Below are positions 1 to 6,320 of a stretch of 20,000 nt of DNA, one piece after another. The DNA is from an uncultured virus (IMG/VR IMGVR_UViG_3300027278_000010) (lineage: Duplodnaviria; Heunggongvirae; Uroviricota; Caudoviricetes; Schitoviridae). Below the pieces are notes generated by a model that searched no databases, was not told where the DNA came from, and saw nothing but the letters and a program-made list of their open reading frames with translations. Position numbers and translations under genes: made by a program. Every line of letters begins with the position of its first letter. Within the stretch, counting starts at the first letter, position 1. The stretch lies in IMG/VR virus record IMGVR_UViG_3300027278_000010. The stretch is one strand, 5' to 3'.

Positions 1-951
1 AGCACGGGAGTACCAACCAATCTCCTCTTCTTGCACCAAGCGTTCTTCTTCAGACGTGATACGAAGCATGAGTTCCTGATAAAAGGAAGACAGCTTGCCC
101 GTCTGAACAGCCATCGTGTATTGCTCTTGGATGTAGTCAAAGCTGAAGCGGTCCTCCCATGCCCCACAGAAATCCTCTCGTGTGCAGGGGAAGCGTTCAC
201 ATACCGGCCATACGTTCACATCCCACGCACCAGACTCAACCGCTTCAATCAGAATGTCGTCAGTGTTGAATGGCGTACCGTTGAAGATCACCTTGCGCCG
301 AGTTGGATCAAGGGCGTGGTTCACCCCCTTATAAACAGTGTCTTTGATCGCTTCCATCGAAACCTTCGACTTGGAGTCGTCATCGCTTACCAAGTCATCG
401 AGCACACATAGCACCGGTCGCTTACCGAAAATCTTCGTACCACGAAGACCAGTCTTGGCACCAAACATCTTGACCCCAAGCATGTGTCCTTCGACGTTCA
501 CAAATTCCAGATATCCGTCTGTGAATGTCGCGTGTGGAATCCACTGCTGCAAAAAGGCGCTGTTGTCGTAGCGAAACTTGATGTTCTTCTTGGCAGACTT
601 CACGCCGTTGTCCATCGAGTCGGACACGTAGATCATGCCAGTGACCTTACCCAATCCAGGTAGGTGACCGAACATCGCAATGAAGAGCACCAGATACTCC
701 ATAAACAAAGTCGTCTTCGCTGCACCACGGAAGCACAGGTTGGCGATGTACTTGTTTGGAGAGATCACCTTGTCCAACATCTTTAGGTGAACAGGTGGGG
801 TTTTGTGGCTTTCGCCTTCTTCGCCATTGACCAGCTTGATGAAGTTCATGAAGGTCAAGGCAAATTCGGATGGCAGGTAGTCACTGGAGTTCAGCTCTGA
901 ATAGCTGACCTGATTCAGCCACTCGTCAAGCTTTTGCTTTTGCAGCGTCAT
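1..951 (-). CDS. terL: Terminase large subunit (N4 gp68-like), N-terminal ATPase part; runs off the window
   Basis: Not in the ORF track because it has no stop in the window. The ATG at 951 overlaps the upstream TGA. Translates MTLQKQKLDEWLNQV...KTPPVHLKMLD...LCFRGAAKTT (Walker A variant)...GAKTGLRGTKIFGKRPVLCVLDDL (Walker B)...FNGTPF, typical of N4-like TerL. Confidence 0.95.
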   Translation of the reverse strand, partial: MTLQKQKLDEWLNQVSYSELNSSDYLPSEFALTFMNFIKLVNGEEGESHKTPPVHLKMLDKVISPNKYIANLCFRGAAKTTLFMEYLVLFIAMFGHLPGLGKVTGMIYVSDSMDNGVKSAKKNIKFRYDNSAFLQQWIPHATFTDGYLEFVNVEGHMLGVKMFGAKTGLRGTKIFGKRPVLCVLDDLVSDDDSKSKVSMEAIKDTVYKGVNHALDPTRRKVIFNGTPFNTDDILIEAVESGAWDVNVWPVCERFPCTREDFCGAWEDRFSFDYIQEQYTMAVQTGKLSSFYQELMLRITSEEERLVQEEEIGWYSRA

Positions 952-1151
952 GGTCGTTCTCCAACATACCCATTTGACTGATCGACCTTATCCTTTGCCA
1001 GCTTGAGTGCAGCGACTCGTTCGTCCTGATGGGTGAATCCCATCAGAACAATAGCAGCTGGACGCTCTCCATTAAGAACAGCGCCCCGGAGTTTTGTTGG
1101 CCAAACATAATTCTGTTTCTTATTGGACTTCCAATATACCTCTATGATCAT
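948..1151 (-). CDS. Hypothetical protein, 67 aa
   Basis: ORF translationally coupled at both ends by ATGA overlaps with the gp69-like gene and terL. Confidence 0.7.
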   Translation of the reverse strand: MIIEVYWKSNKKQNYVWPTKLRGAVLNGERPAAIVLMGFTHQDERVAALKLAKDKVDQSNGYVGERP

Positions 1152-1819
1152 ACCACTTCGCCTTGGATGATTCGTTGACCAGCAATCTCGCGGGTGTTCA
1201 CACCAAGCTCAATCAATTCTTGCTGACGCTTGGCCATAGATGCCAATGCTTCACGCATCTCGTTCATACCACTCGACTCATTGATATCAATGCTGATCTT
1301 ACCAGCTACTTCTTTCGGTTTAGCCAAGTGAGTGAGGATAGAGTTGGCCGCAGTGGTACGCACCATCTCGCTCTGTGCGTTTTGCATCAGGTCCACTTGA
1401 GTATTGATAGCCTTCTGATAGTTCTCTTGGTTCAACAACCACACTGGAATCAGCGACTGTTCCAGGATTGCGTTGACCAGTTTACCTTTGTGGTACGCAG
1501 CAACGTATGAAGAGATGTCTTTGCTGGACGTACCCTTAGCCACCAGTGCTTGATGCCGGCTTGGAAAGGTTTTGAAGTAGGCGTCTTGGTTGCTGTACCC
1601 CATGTGCTTGAAGCTGACATAGGCAACGGCATGCACATAGTCTTCGGACTTGTACTTGCCTTCCTTTAATACGTGGGCGTAGCTGATGAAATTTTGCTGC
1701 ACCTGCTCGGCTATCAGCGGGTCTGCAACGATGTTGTTGACCAGATCAGCCAGTTGCTGAGTAGCAGCAGTCTTCAGGTTGGCAGGCAGCGCCTGAGCGA
1801 TTTCCTGTTTAGTCAGCAT
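1148..1819 (-). CDS. N4 gp69-like conserved protein (proposed small terminase subunit)
   Basis: MLTKQEIAQALPANLK...YVHAVAYVSFKHMGYSNQDAYFKTFP...SSYVAAYHKGKLVNAILEQS...SEMVRTTAANSILTHL resembles N4 gp69; lies upstream of terL; GAGGA RBS. Confidence 0.85.
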   Translation of the reverse strand: MLTKQEIAQALPANLKTAATQQLADLVNNIVADPLIAEQVQQNFISYAHVLKEGKYKSEDYVHAVAYVSFKHMGYSNQDAYFKTFPSRHQALVAKGTSSKDISSYVAAYHKGKLVNAILEQSLIPVWLLNQENYQKAINTQVDLMQNAQSEMVRTTAANSILTHLAKPKEVAGKISIDINESSGMNEMREALASMAKRQQELIELGVNTREIAGQRIIQGEVV

Positions 1820-1840
1820 GATTCTTCCTCTAATTTATGT

Positions 1841-1862
1841 AGAGGGGAGTCTCCTCCCCTCT
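1841..1862 (-). other. Intergenic 9-bp hairpin with GAGA (GNRA) loop on the minus-strand transcript, no U-tract
   Basis: Minus strand reads AGAGGGGAG-GAGA-CTCCCCTCT between the 1870-2634 gene and the gp69-like gene. Confidence 0.6.
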
Positions 1863-1869
1863 TCCTTTA

Positions 1870-2634
1870 TTACTGGGTTTGACGAGCAACGCGAGAAGCG
1901 AGGCTGTTGTAGTAGGTCTGCATAGCCGAAAGCTGATTGAGCATATCGTTACGCTCTTCTTGGATCAGGCTCTTGAATACATCGCCTTCGGTGAACATAC
2001 GCAGCTTGGTGATGTTACCACCCAGAGTGGCCAGCTCGCTTTGCATGCGGGTCACATGGGTTTGCACCTTTGGAGTAGCCACAAGGGAGTAGCTTTTCTC
2101 AAACACATCTCGCGGTGACCAGGAGATGTAACCGTCAAAGCCAGCTACGTTGTTGATGCCACCGTCCACGTATTGAACCAAGTAGCCCTCATCCTCACCG
2201 TTCTCATCGAGCGGCAGGCTCCAACCACGCAGGATGGTGTAGTCCAGACGATTCATTGGAACAAAGTGAACAACCTTCTGGCCGAGCGCAGTCTTCACAG
2301 GCTCTGCTTGATGAAGGATCGCGCCGGTAGGTACGCCTGCTTTTTCGATAGCAGCAAGACGACACTTCAGCTCATAGCCCATGAGCATCCAGATTTTTTC
2401 TTCGGCATTCTCTCTGGAGATTTTTTCGCCGGTGCTCTTCACGTAGTTCTCAGGACTGGCACACGCAGATTCGCCGGTCACCATGAAACCGTTTTGCAGG
2501 GTGATCACGCAGATGGTTAGCAAGCCGTGGTACAGGAACTCCACATTCTTGATGTTCGCTTGTTGCATATCCCGAGTAACACGGGGGGCAAGGGCAGCGG
2601 CCTGAAGTTCTGCTTCGGTAATGCTTGTGGTCAT
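1870..2634 (-). CDS. Three-domain putative anti-defence protein: Phage_gp49_66 (Acb4-like) + 'GYISWSP' domain + crAss001_48-like (Sequestin-like) helical domain
   Basis: ATG at 2634 after GGAGAG RBS. Domain 1 TICVITLQNGFMVTGESACASPENY...KIWMLMGYELK; domain 2 KVVHFVPMNRLDY...RGWSLPLDENGEDEGYLVQY...GYISWSPRDVFEKSY; domain 3 HVTRMQSELATL...KLRMF...FKSL...QLSAMQTYYNSLASRV. Confidence 0.75.
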   Translation of the reverse strand: MTTSITEAELQAAALAPRVTRDMQQANIKNVEFLYHGLLTICVITLQNGFMVTGESACASPENYVKSTGEKISRENAEEKIWMLMGYELKCRLAAIEKAGVPTGAILHQAEPVKTALGQKVVHFVPMNRLDYTILRGWSLPLDENGEDEGYLVQYVDGGINNVAGFDGYISWSPRDVFEKSYSLVATPKVQTHVTRMQSELATLGGNITKLRMFTEGDVFKSLIQEERNDMLNQLSAMQTYYNSLASRVARQTQ

Positions 2635-2836
2635 ATCTCTCTCCAATACATCTCTAGGGTATGCGGACCACCCGTCTATTTTTTCTTTGGGTGGTTGCTT
2701 CTTGCGATTTACACTTTAGACTCTTTATAGTTTTTGCTCAAACTCTTTCTCCTACAAGGACAAGGAGGGCCATTCCTATTGTCTGTTGATACTCAACAGC
2801 CACAATAAAAACTGAACTTCCCTAATCAAATGAACG

Positions 2837-2845
2837 TGTTATATT
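2837..2845 (+). promoter_or_regulatory. Putative host sigma70 extended -10 promoter
   Basis: TG-T-TATATT at 2837-2845 with a weak -35 TTCCCT at 2818-2823; predicted start about G2852. Confidence 0.5.
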
Positions 2846-2851
2846 CGCGTT

Positions 2852-3054
2852 GCGCCTGGGCTGCTACCAGGGGTGATGCTTCTTGGATTGCCATAGCAAC
2901 CCTAGCGGAAGTGGGGATATAACAACCGCAGGTGACGGGCCGCTACTCCTTCTGGAACTACACCAGTCAGGTCAGAGTCACTAGCAGAGGCAGTCTGCTG
3001 GAAAAAAACGCAGGGGGAAGGGATCAGGCTTACATTGGCTGGTCCCTTCTTTTT
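2852..3054 (+). ncRNA. Candidate structured non-coding RNA (~200 nt)
   Basis: Five successive stems between an extended -10 promoter and an intrinsic terminator; no convincing RBS/ORF inside. Confidence 0.5.
3017..3054 (+). terminator. Rho-independent terminator
   Basis: GAAGGGATCAG (3017-3027) pairs with CTGGTCCCTTC (3039-3049), followed by TTTTT. Confidence 0.8.
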
Positions 3055-3078
3055 ACCCACTACTTCAAGATATCTCTA

Positions 3079-3333
3079 ATGACCGACCACCTATTTATGT
3101 TCAGAAAAGATATTGGATGGAGTCCTTCTTCTGAGACTTATCTGTATTCGACTGACTGCAAAGACACAGTTCTTCTGGTTATGAACCAAGAGGAAAAGCA
3201 CCTCTACACAGGGTTGGCTTTGATGTACGGCAAGTCACCTGAGCTGCTGATCTTCTCAGAGGACTACGATCCGTATGGGGATGCTGCATTTGGTAGACAG
3301 GTCTTCTGCACCTTCAAACCAAGCAACTCTTAA
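3079..3333 (+). CDS. Hypothetical protein, 84 aa
   Basis: 3' part of track ORF 2932..3333; ATG 3079 lies downstream of the terminator; protein-like composition but weak RBS. Confidence 0.5.
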   Translation: MTDHLFMFRKDIGWSPSSETYLYSTDCKDTVLLVMNQEEKHLYTGLALMYGKSPELLIFSEDYDPYGDAAFGRQVFCTFKPSNS

Positions 3334-3410
3334 ACATAGAACTATCTTTGTATATGGAGGGGTAGCCCAAAATTTTTCATACGGATTTTGGTGGTAGGCA
3401 TGTTTCGTGG

Positions 3411-3497
3411 TACTTCTCACACATTCACACCCACCCCAAATAACAACTACCCCCCCGGTATCACACTCTCACACCTCACACCCTACCCCACCTTCTA
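3411..3497. repeat. C/A-rich tract with five TCACAC copies around a C7GG core; probable genome terminus / terminal-repeat region
   Basis: TCACAC at 3417, 3425, 3461, 3469 and 3476; only two G in ~87 nt on the + strand; lies between the late genes and the first early promoter. Confidence 0.6.
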
Positions 3498-3503
3498 GGT
3501 CGG

Positions 3504-3521
3504 GACGCTCTGCGTCTATTG
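3504..3521 (+). promoter_or_regulatory. Virion RNA polymerase hairpin promoter (early promoter 1)
   Basis: GACGC-TCT-GCGTC-TATT-G: 5-bp stem, 3-nt loop, 4-nt A/T spacer, then G, the architecture of N4 P2 (GAAGC-TCC-GCTTC-TTTT-G); directly upstream of gp1. Confidence 0.8.
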
Positions 3522-3554
3522 GCACTATCGCCACTACTACTTAGGAGTATCACC

Positions 3555-3881
3555 ATGGCTACTGCACGTCTTACCTTCGGCTCTATCTTGGCCACTGTAA
3601 ACACCACTGCAAACACCATCACAGCTACCCTCGACGCAGCCAGCTCTGGCGTAGGCATGCTCAATGCCTTCGTCGATAACGCAGCTAAACATCAGAAGGC
3701 TCGTATCGCCGTCGATAACGAAGACTTCATCGAGAACCTCATCCGTGACAAATCACGTGAACGCACTGCTTCCACTCTGGAAGTACAGAAGTTCATCGCT
3801 CAGTCACCGGAACATGCTGAAGCTTACAAGTCAGCATACGAAACCTACACCGCAATCCTACGCCCTGCAAAACAGGGCTAA
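3555..3881 (+). CDS. N4 gp1-like early protein (middle-transcription cofactor)
   Basis: AGGAG RBS then ATG 3555; MATARLTFGSILATVNTTA...FIAQSPEHAEAY resembles N4 gp1; first gene after the vRNAP promoter. Confidence 0.8.
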   Translation: MATARLTFGSILATVNTTANTITATLDAASSGVGMLNAFVDNAAKHQKARIAVDNEDFIENLIRDKSRERTASTLEVQKFIAQSPEHAEAYKSAYETYTAILRPAKQG

Positions 3882-3895
3882 ATCCCACCTAAACC

Positions 3896-3916
3896 GTGGC
3901 GGCTAGCAACCGCCAC
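3896..3916 (+). other. GC-rich hairpin after gp1, no U-tract
   Basis: GTGGCGG-CTAGCAA-CCGCCAC. Confidence 0.5.
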
Positions 3917-3943
3917 ATCTACAACCCCAGGAGAGTCACAGCG

Positions 3944-4036
3944 ATGGTCAACTATTTGATCCTTCCAGCAGCTTACTGTGCCTTCGGCACTTGGCTTCTA
4001 CTCAGCGCGCTGAACGCGCTTAACCTACCAATCTAA
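3944..4036 (+). CDS. Small hydrophobic protein, 30 aa
   Basis: Below the track cutoff. AGGAG RBS; MVNYLILPAAYCAFGTWLLLSALNALNLPI. Confidence 0.55.
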   Translation: MVNYLILPAAYCAFGTWLLLSALNALNLPI

Positions 4037-4056
4037 CAACCAAAGAGAGTCTCTTT

Positions 4057-4230
4057 ATGCTCAAGCCACTCATGTTCATCATGACCGGAATCGTCTACTC
4101 GTTAGTCTCATTCCAAACTTGGGAATATCTGTTCGGTGTAAGCATGAAAGGCTTTCACCCACTCCTAAGTTTACTGGTCTTAGTTGGTGTAACCATTGTC
4201 TGCCTTGTGGCAGTCAAGCAAGAAAACTAG
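4057..4230 (+). CDS. Small membrane protein with two hydrophobic segments, 57 aa
   Basis: MLKPLMFIMTGIVYSLVSFQTWEYLFGVSMKGFHPLLSLLVLVGVTIVCLVAVKQEN; fills the gap up to promoter 2. Confidence 0.55.
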   Translation: MLKPLMFIMTGIVYSLVSFQTWEYLFGVSMKGFHPLLSLLVLVGVTIVCLVAVKQEN

Positions 4231-4247
4231 GCGCTCCGCGCCTTTTG
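4229..4247 (+). promoter_or_regulatory. Virion RNA polymerase hairpin promoter (early promoter 2)
   Basis: A-GGCGC-TCC-GCGCC-TTTT-G; loop, loop-closing base pairs and spacer match N4 P2; upstream of gp2. Confidence 0.9.
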
Positions 4248-4304
4248 GGAATGATCCCTAGAGCAATCCTGCTCAATCTCTTCACTGCATCAAGGAGTAA
4301 CATC

Positions 4305-4700
4305 ATGGGCGATATCAGCTTTGAGAAAACCTTCGGCAATCAAGCCAAAGCAGCAACCGCTGTTAAAGAGGATCGCCCTAAAGCGAACCTCTGGCTGAAC
4401 ATCGGCTACAGCGTTGAAGTCGATACTGCTGAAGGCGTCGAGCAGCGCTTCGTAAGCCTGCCGGTCGGCATTCCATTGGACACTATGGAACCTCTGCCGA
4501 CCAACAGCCGCAATGCAGACTTCGCTGCATTCCAAGCAGCACGCAACAACCTGCATGAGCAAATCATGGCAGCTGCTCAAGCACTGCAACCAGGTGAGGA
4601 GAAAATCCTCAATCTGCAAATCCAACTCCGTCGTGTCAACGAAGAGTCGGTTGCAGTTGACTCCAGCAAAAACCAGTTCATCAAACCACTGGCGCTGTAA
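4305..4700 (+). CDS. drc: N4 gp2 / LUZ7 Drc-like ssDNA-binding activator of RNAP II
   Basis: AAGGAG RBS then ATG 4305; DRPKANLWLNIGY...FVSLPVGIPLDTMEPLPTNSRNADF...LQPGEE...LQIQLRRV matches the gp2/Drc family. Confidence 0.92.
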   Translation: MGDISFEKTFGNQAKAATAVKEDRPKANLWLNIGYSVEVDTAEGVEQRFVSLPVGIPLDTMEPLPTNSRNADFAAFQAARNNLHEQIMAAAQALQPGEEKILNLQIQLRRVNEESVAVDSSKNQFIKPLAL

Positions 4701-4705
4701 CCAAC

Positions 4706-4737
4706 AAGGGCTATCTCCACTCGGAGGTAGCCCTTTT
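4706..4737 (+). terminator. Rho-independent terminator after gp2
   Basis: AAGGGCTATCTCC-ACTC-GGAGGTAGCCCTT-TT. Confidence 0.85.
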
Positions 4738-4862
4738 AATGCGTCAGAGATAGTTCAAAGCTCAACTCTGAGTTTCAACTCACCTAAATACTAAGTTGAA
4801 CTTTTAACAGTCATTTGGCTAAAGCTACCTAAACACTTAGAGATAAGTATGAGGAAGAAACT

Positions 4863-5078
4863 ATGTCACTAAAAGACCCTGTTGATAAACGTATACGTGA
4901 TCTCATCATTCGCCACGAGAACTGGAAAAACCAATGGAAAGAAGTCAATTACGGCTTTTCTGTTGAATGGGTAAGTCCTCGTGGGAAGTACATGACGTAC
5001 TCAGCTTACTGCTCTGAAGTGGAAAAGCATCTTCAGAACACCATCAAGAAAATCAGAGAAACACTGGACAAGGAATAG
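4863..5078 (+). CDS. Hypothetical protein, 71 aa
   Basis: ORF with GAGGA RBS. Confidence 0.75.
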   Translation: MSLKDPVDKRIRDLIIRHENWKNQWKEVNYGFSVEWVSPRGKYMTYSAYCSEVEKHLQNTIKKIRETLDKE

Positions 5079-5084
5079 GCAAAA

Positions 5085-5651
5085 ATGAATGTCATTGCGC
5101 TAGCAAAACTACTCAATCAGTACATCAGCCAAGGTGCTGGTGAATACCTCATTGCTGCCTTTAATCCTCCTGAAGGATTGGGCAGCGAGCTAGTAACAGA
5201 AGTGGTAACACGCGATGTATCCAACGTGCTGGAGTTCTACACCGGCACAGTTCCTCACAATCCAAACCACATCAAATGGCAAAAGCGGGATGGCTACGAA
5301 TGTTCCAGCGTCGGAGACAAACGCTTCAGTGCACTCAATGCTCTCATGCCAGATGGTCGCTCAATTGAGATGTGGTATCAGTGCGACATCAAAGGCTATG
5401 ACATTGGTGGCACTGATTGGAAGAAGGGCAAAGGCAAACCGCCTTTGTTTGAATTTCCAAACAATCAGCTATGGCAGCTGTATCTAAATCTGTGGCGACT
5501 GTGGGCAATCCAAAATAGCCATCTGATTATCGAACTCATGGAACTGGCAAAAACAAAAGACAACATCTTGTCTGATTGCTTTGCATCCAGCCCTATCAAC
5601 CAAGCACGAGCACTCGCCACCATTATCAATGAGTGGCTGGTTGGGAGTTAA
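5085..5651 (+). CDS. Putative NADAR-superfamily (DarT1-antitoxin-like) protein
   Basis: YECSSVGDKRFSALNA...GRSIEMWYQCDIKGY...WKKGKGK recalls the E-x-SS...SAFN...S-V-E-x-x-F/Y-Q-x-x-K pattern of NADAR proteins; AAGGA RBS. Confidence 0.55.
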   Translation: MNVIALAKLLNQYISQGAGEYLIAAFNPPEGLGSELVTEVVTRDVSNVLEFYTGTVPHNPNHIKWQKRDGYECSSVGDKRFSALNALMPDGRSIEMWYQCDIKGYDIGGTDWKKGKGKPPLFEFPNNQLWQLYLNLWRLWAIQNSHLIIELMELAKTKDNILSDCFASSPINQARALATIINEWLVGS

Positions 5652-5653
5652 AA

Positions 5654-5902
5654 ATGACAACTCGCAAAATCCATATTGGCAGCACTACTGCCGCAGTACG
5701 TGATGTATTCGGTCTCTCAATACAAGAAGCCAAACAATTTGTAATGAGAAGGTCTCTACTAAACAAAGTAGACGACGCATCATCTATTGATGATTTAAAG
5801 GAAATTCTCTCAAGTTTGATAAAACGTCAAATGGGGGAGGATTCCCACCAAACAGATAGGATAGATGATTTCATCAAAACCTATGATCAAAACAAAATGT
5901 AA
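5654..5902 (+). CDS. Hypothetical protein, 82 aa, with an L7/L12 CTD-like motif
   Basis: GGGAG RBS then ATG 5654; AVRDVFGLSIQEAKQFV. Confidence 0.7.
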   Translation: MTTRKIHIGSTTAAVRDVFGLSIQEAKQFVMRRSLLNKVDDASSIDDLKEILSSLIKRQMGEDSHQTDRIDDFIKTYDQNKM

Positions 5903-5912
5903 GGAGAAACAC

Positions 5913-6200
5913 ATGCACCTCTTAGCAACTGTATTTATCCCTCCACATGGCAAACAAGAAATCATTGAAATAAAAGATGTAGCTGTTGAAGACAAAGAAT
6001 ACTTTGTCAAAAACAACATTGATATTTCAATGGAAGAACTCAGCACTGGCGTGAAAGTAGTTTACGCCGACTGGGGCAATCGTATGACCGATGGCACACC
6101 AAAAGAATCAATGGTGTTCTCCCGTGATAACGAAACTTGCGCAAGCACTCTCAAACGCTTGCGCTTAGTGGTTGAACTCGAAAAAGAGAACAACCTTTAA
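5913..6200 (+). CDS. Hypothetical protein, 95 aa
   Basis: AAGGAG RBS then ATG 5913. Confidence 0.8.
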   Translation: MHLLATVFIPPHGKQEIIEIKDVAVEDKEYFVKNNIDISMEELSTGVKVVYADWGNRMTDGTPKESMVFSRDNETCASTLKRLRLVVELEKENNL

Positions 6201-6320
6201 GGAATCGGTTTCCCCCTCGCGGGGAAAACCTCTCGCACCGAGTACCAACTATGTATCGAAATACAACCACAGATACATATGGTGGTTACACCATCTTTGA
6301 ACCAAAGGAGCTAAGAAGCC

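Noticed and set aside
31..571. Plus-strand ORFs 31..411 and 338..571
   Set aside because: They are antisense shadows of the terminase large subunit on the minus strand.
2852..3012. tRNA, tRNA-Sec or tmRNA interpretation of the structured region
   Set aside because: No GTTCRA T-loop, no acceptor stem with CCA and no tag ORF.
2932..3078. 5' extension of ORF 2932..3333
   Set aside because: It runs through a highly structured region and an intrinsic terminator and has no clear RBS; ATG 3079 is more plausible.
3411..3497. CRISPR-like or mini-array reading of the TCACAC repeats
   Set aside because: The repeats are 6 nt with irregular short spacing; there is no repeat-spacer architecture.
3978..3994. 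Third vRNAP-like hairpin GTGCC-TTC-GGCAC-TTGG
   Set aside because: The loop-closing pairs and the spacer (2 nt instead of 4) differ from the two clear promoters, and it lies inside a small ORF; not excluded but unsupported.
4119..4304. N-terminal extension of gp2 in the ORF track
   Set aside because: It spans the vRNAP promoter; the RBS and family similarity point to ATG 4305.
6207..6230. Hairpin GGTTTCCCC...GGGGAAAACC as a terminator
   Set aside because: No downstream U-tract on the + strand; more likely a stability or processing hairpin.
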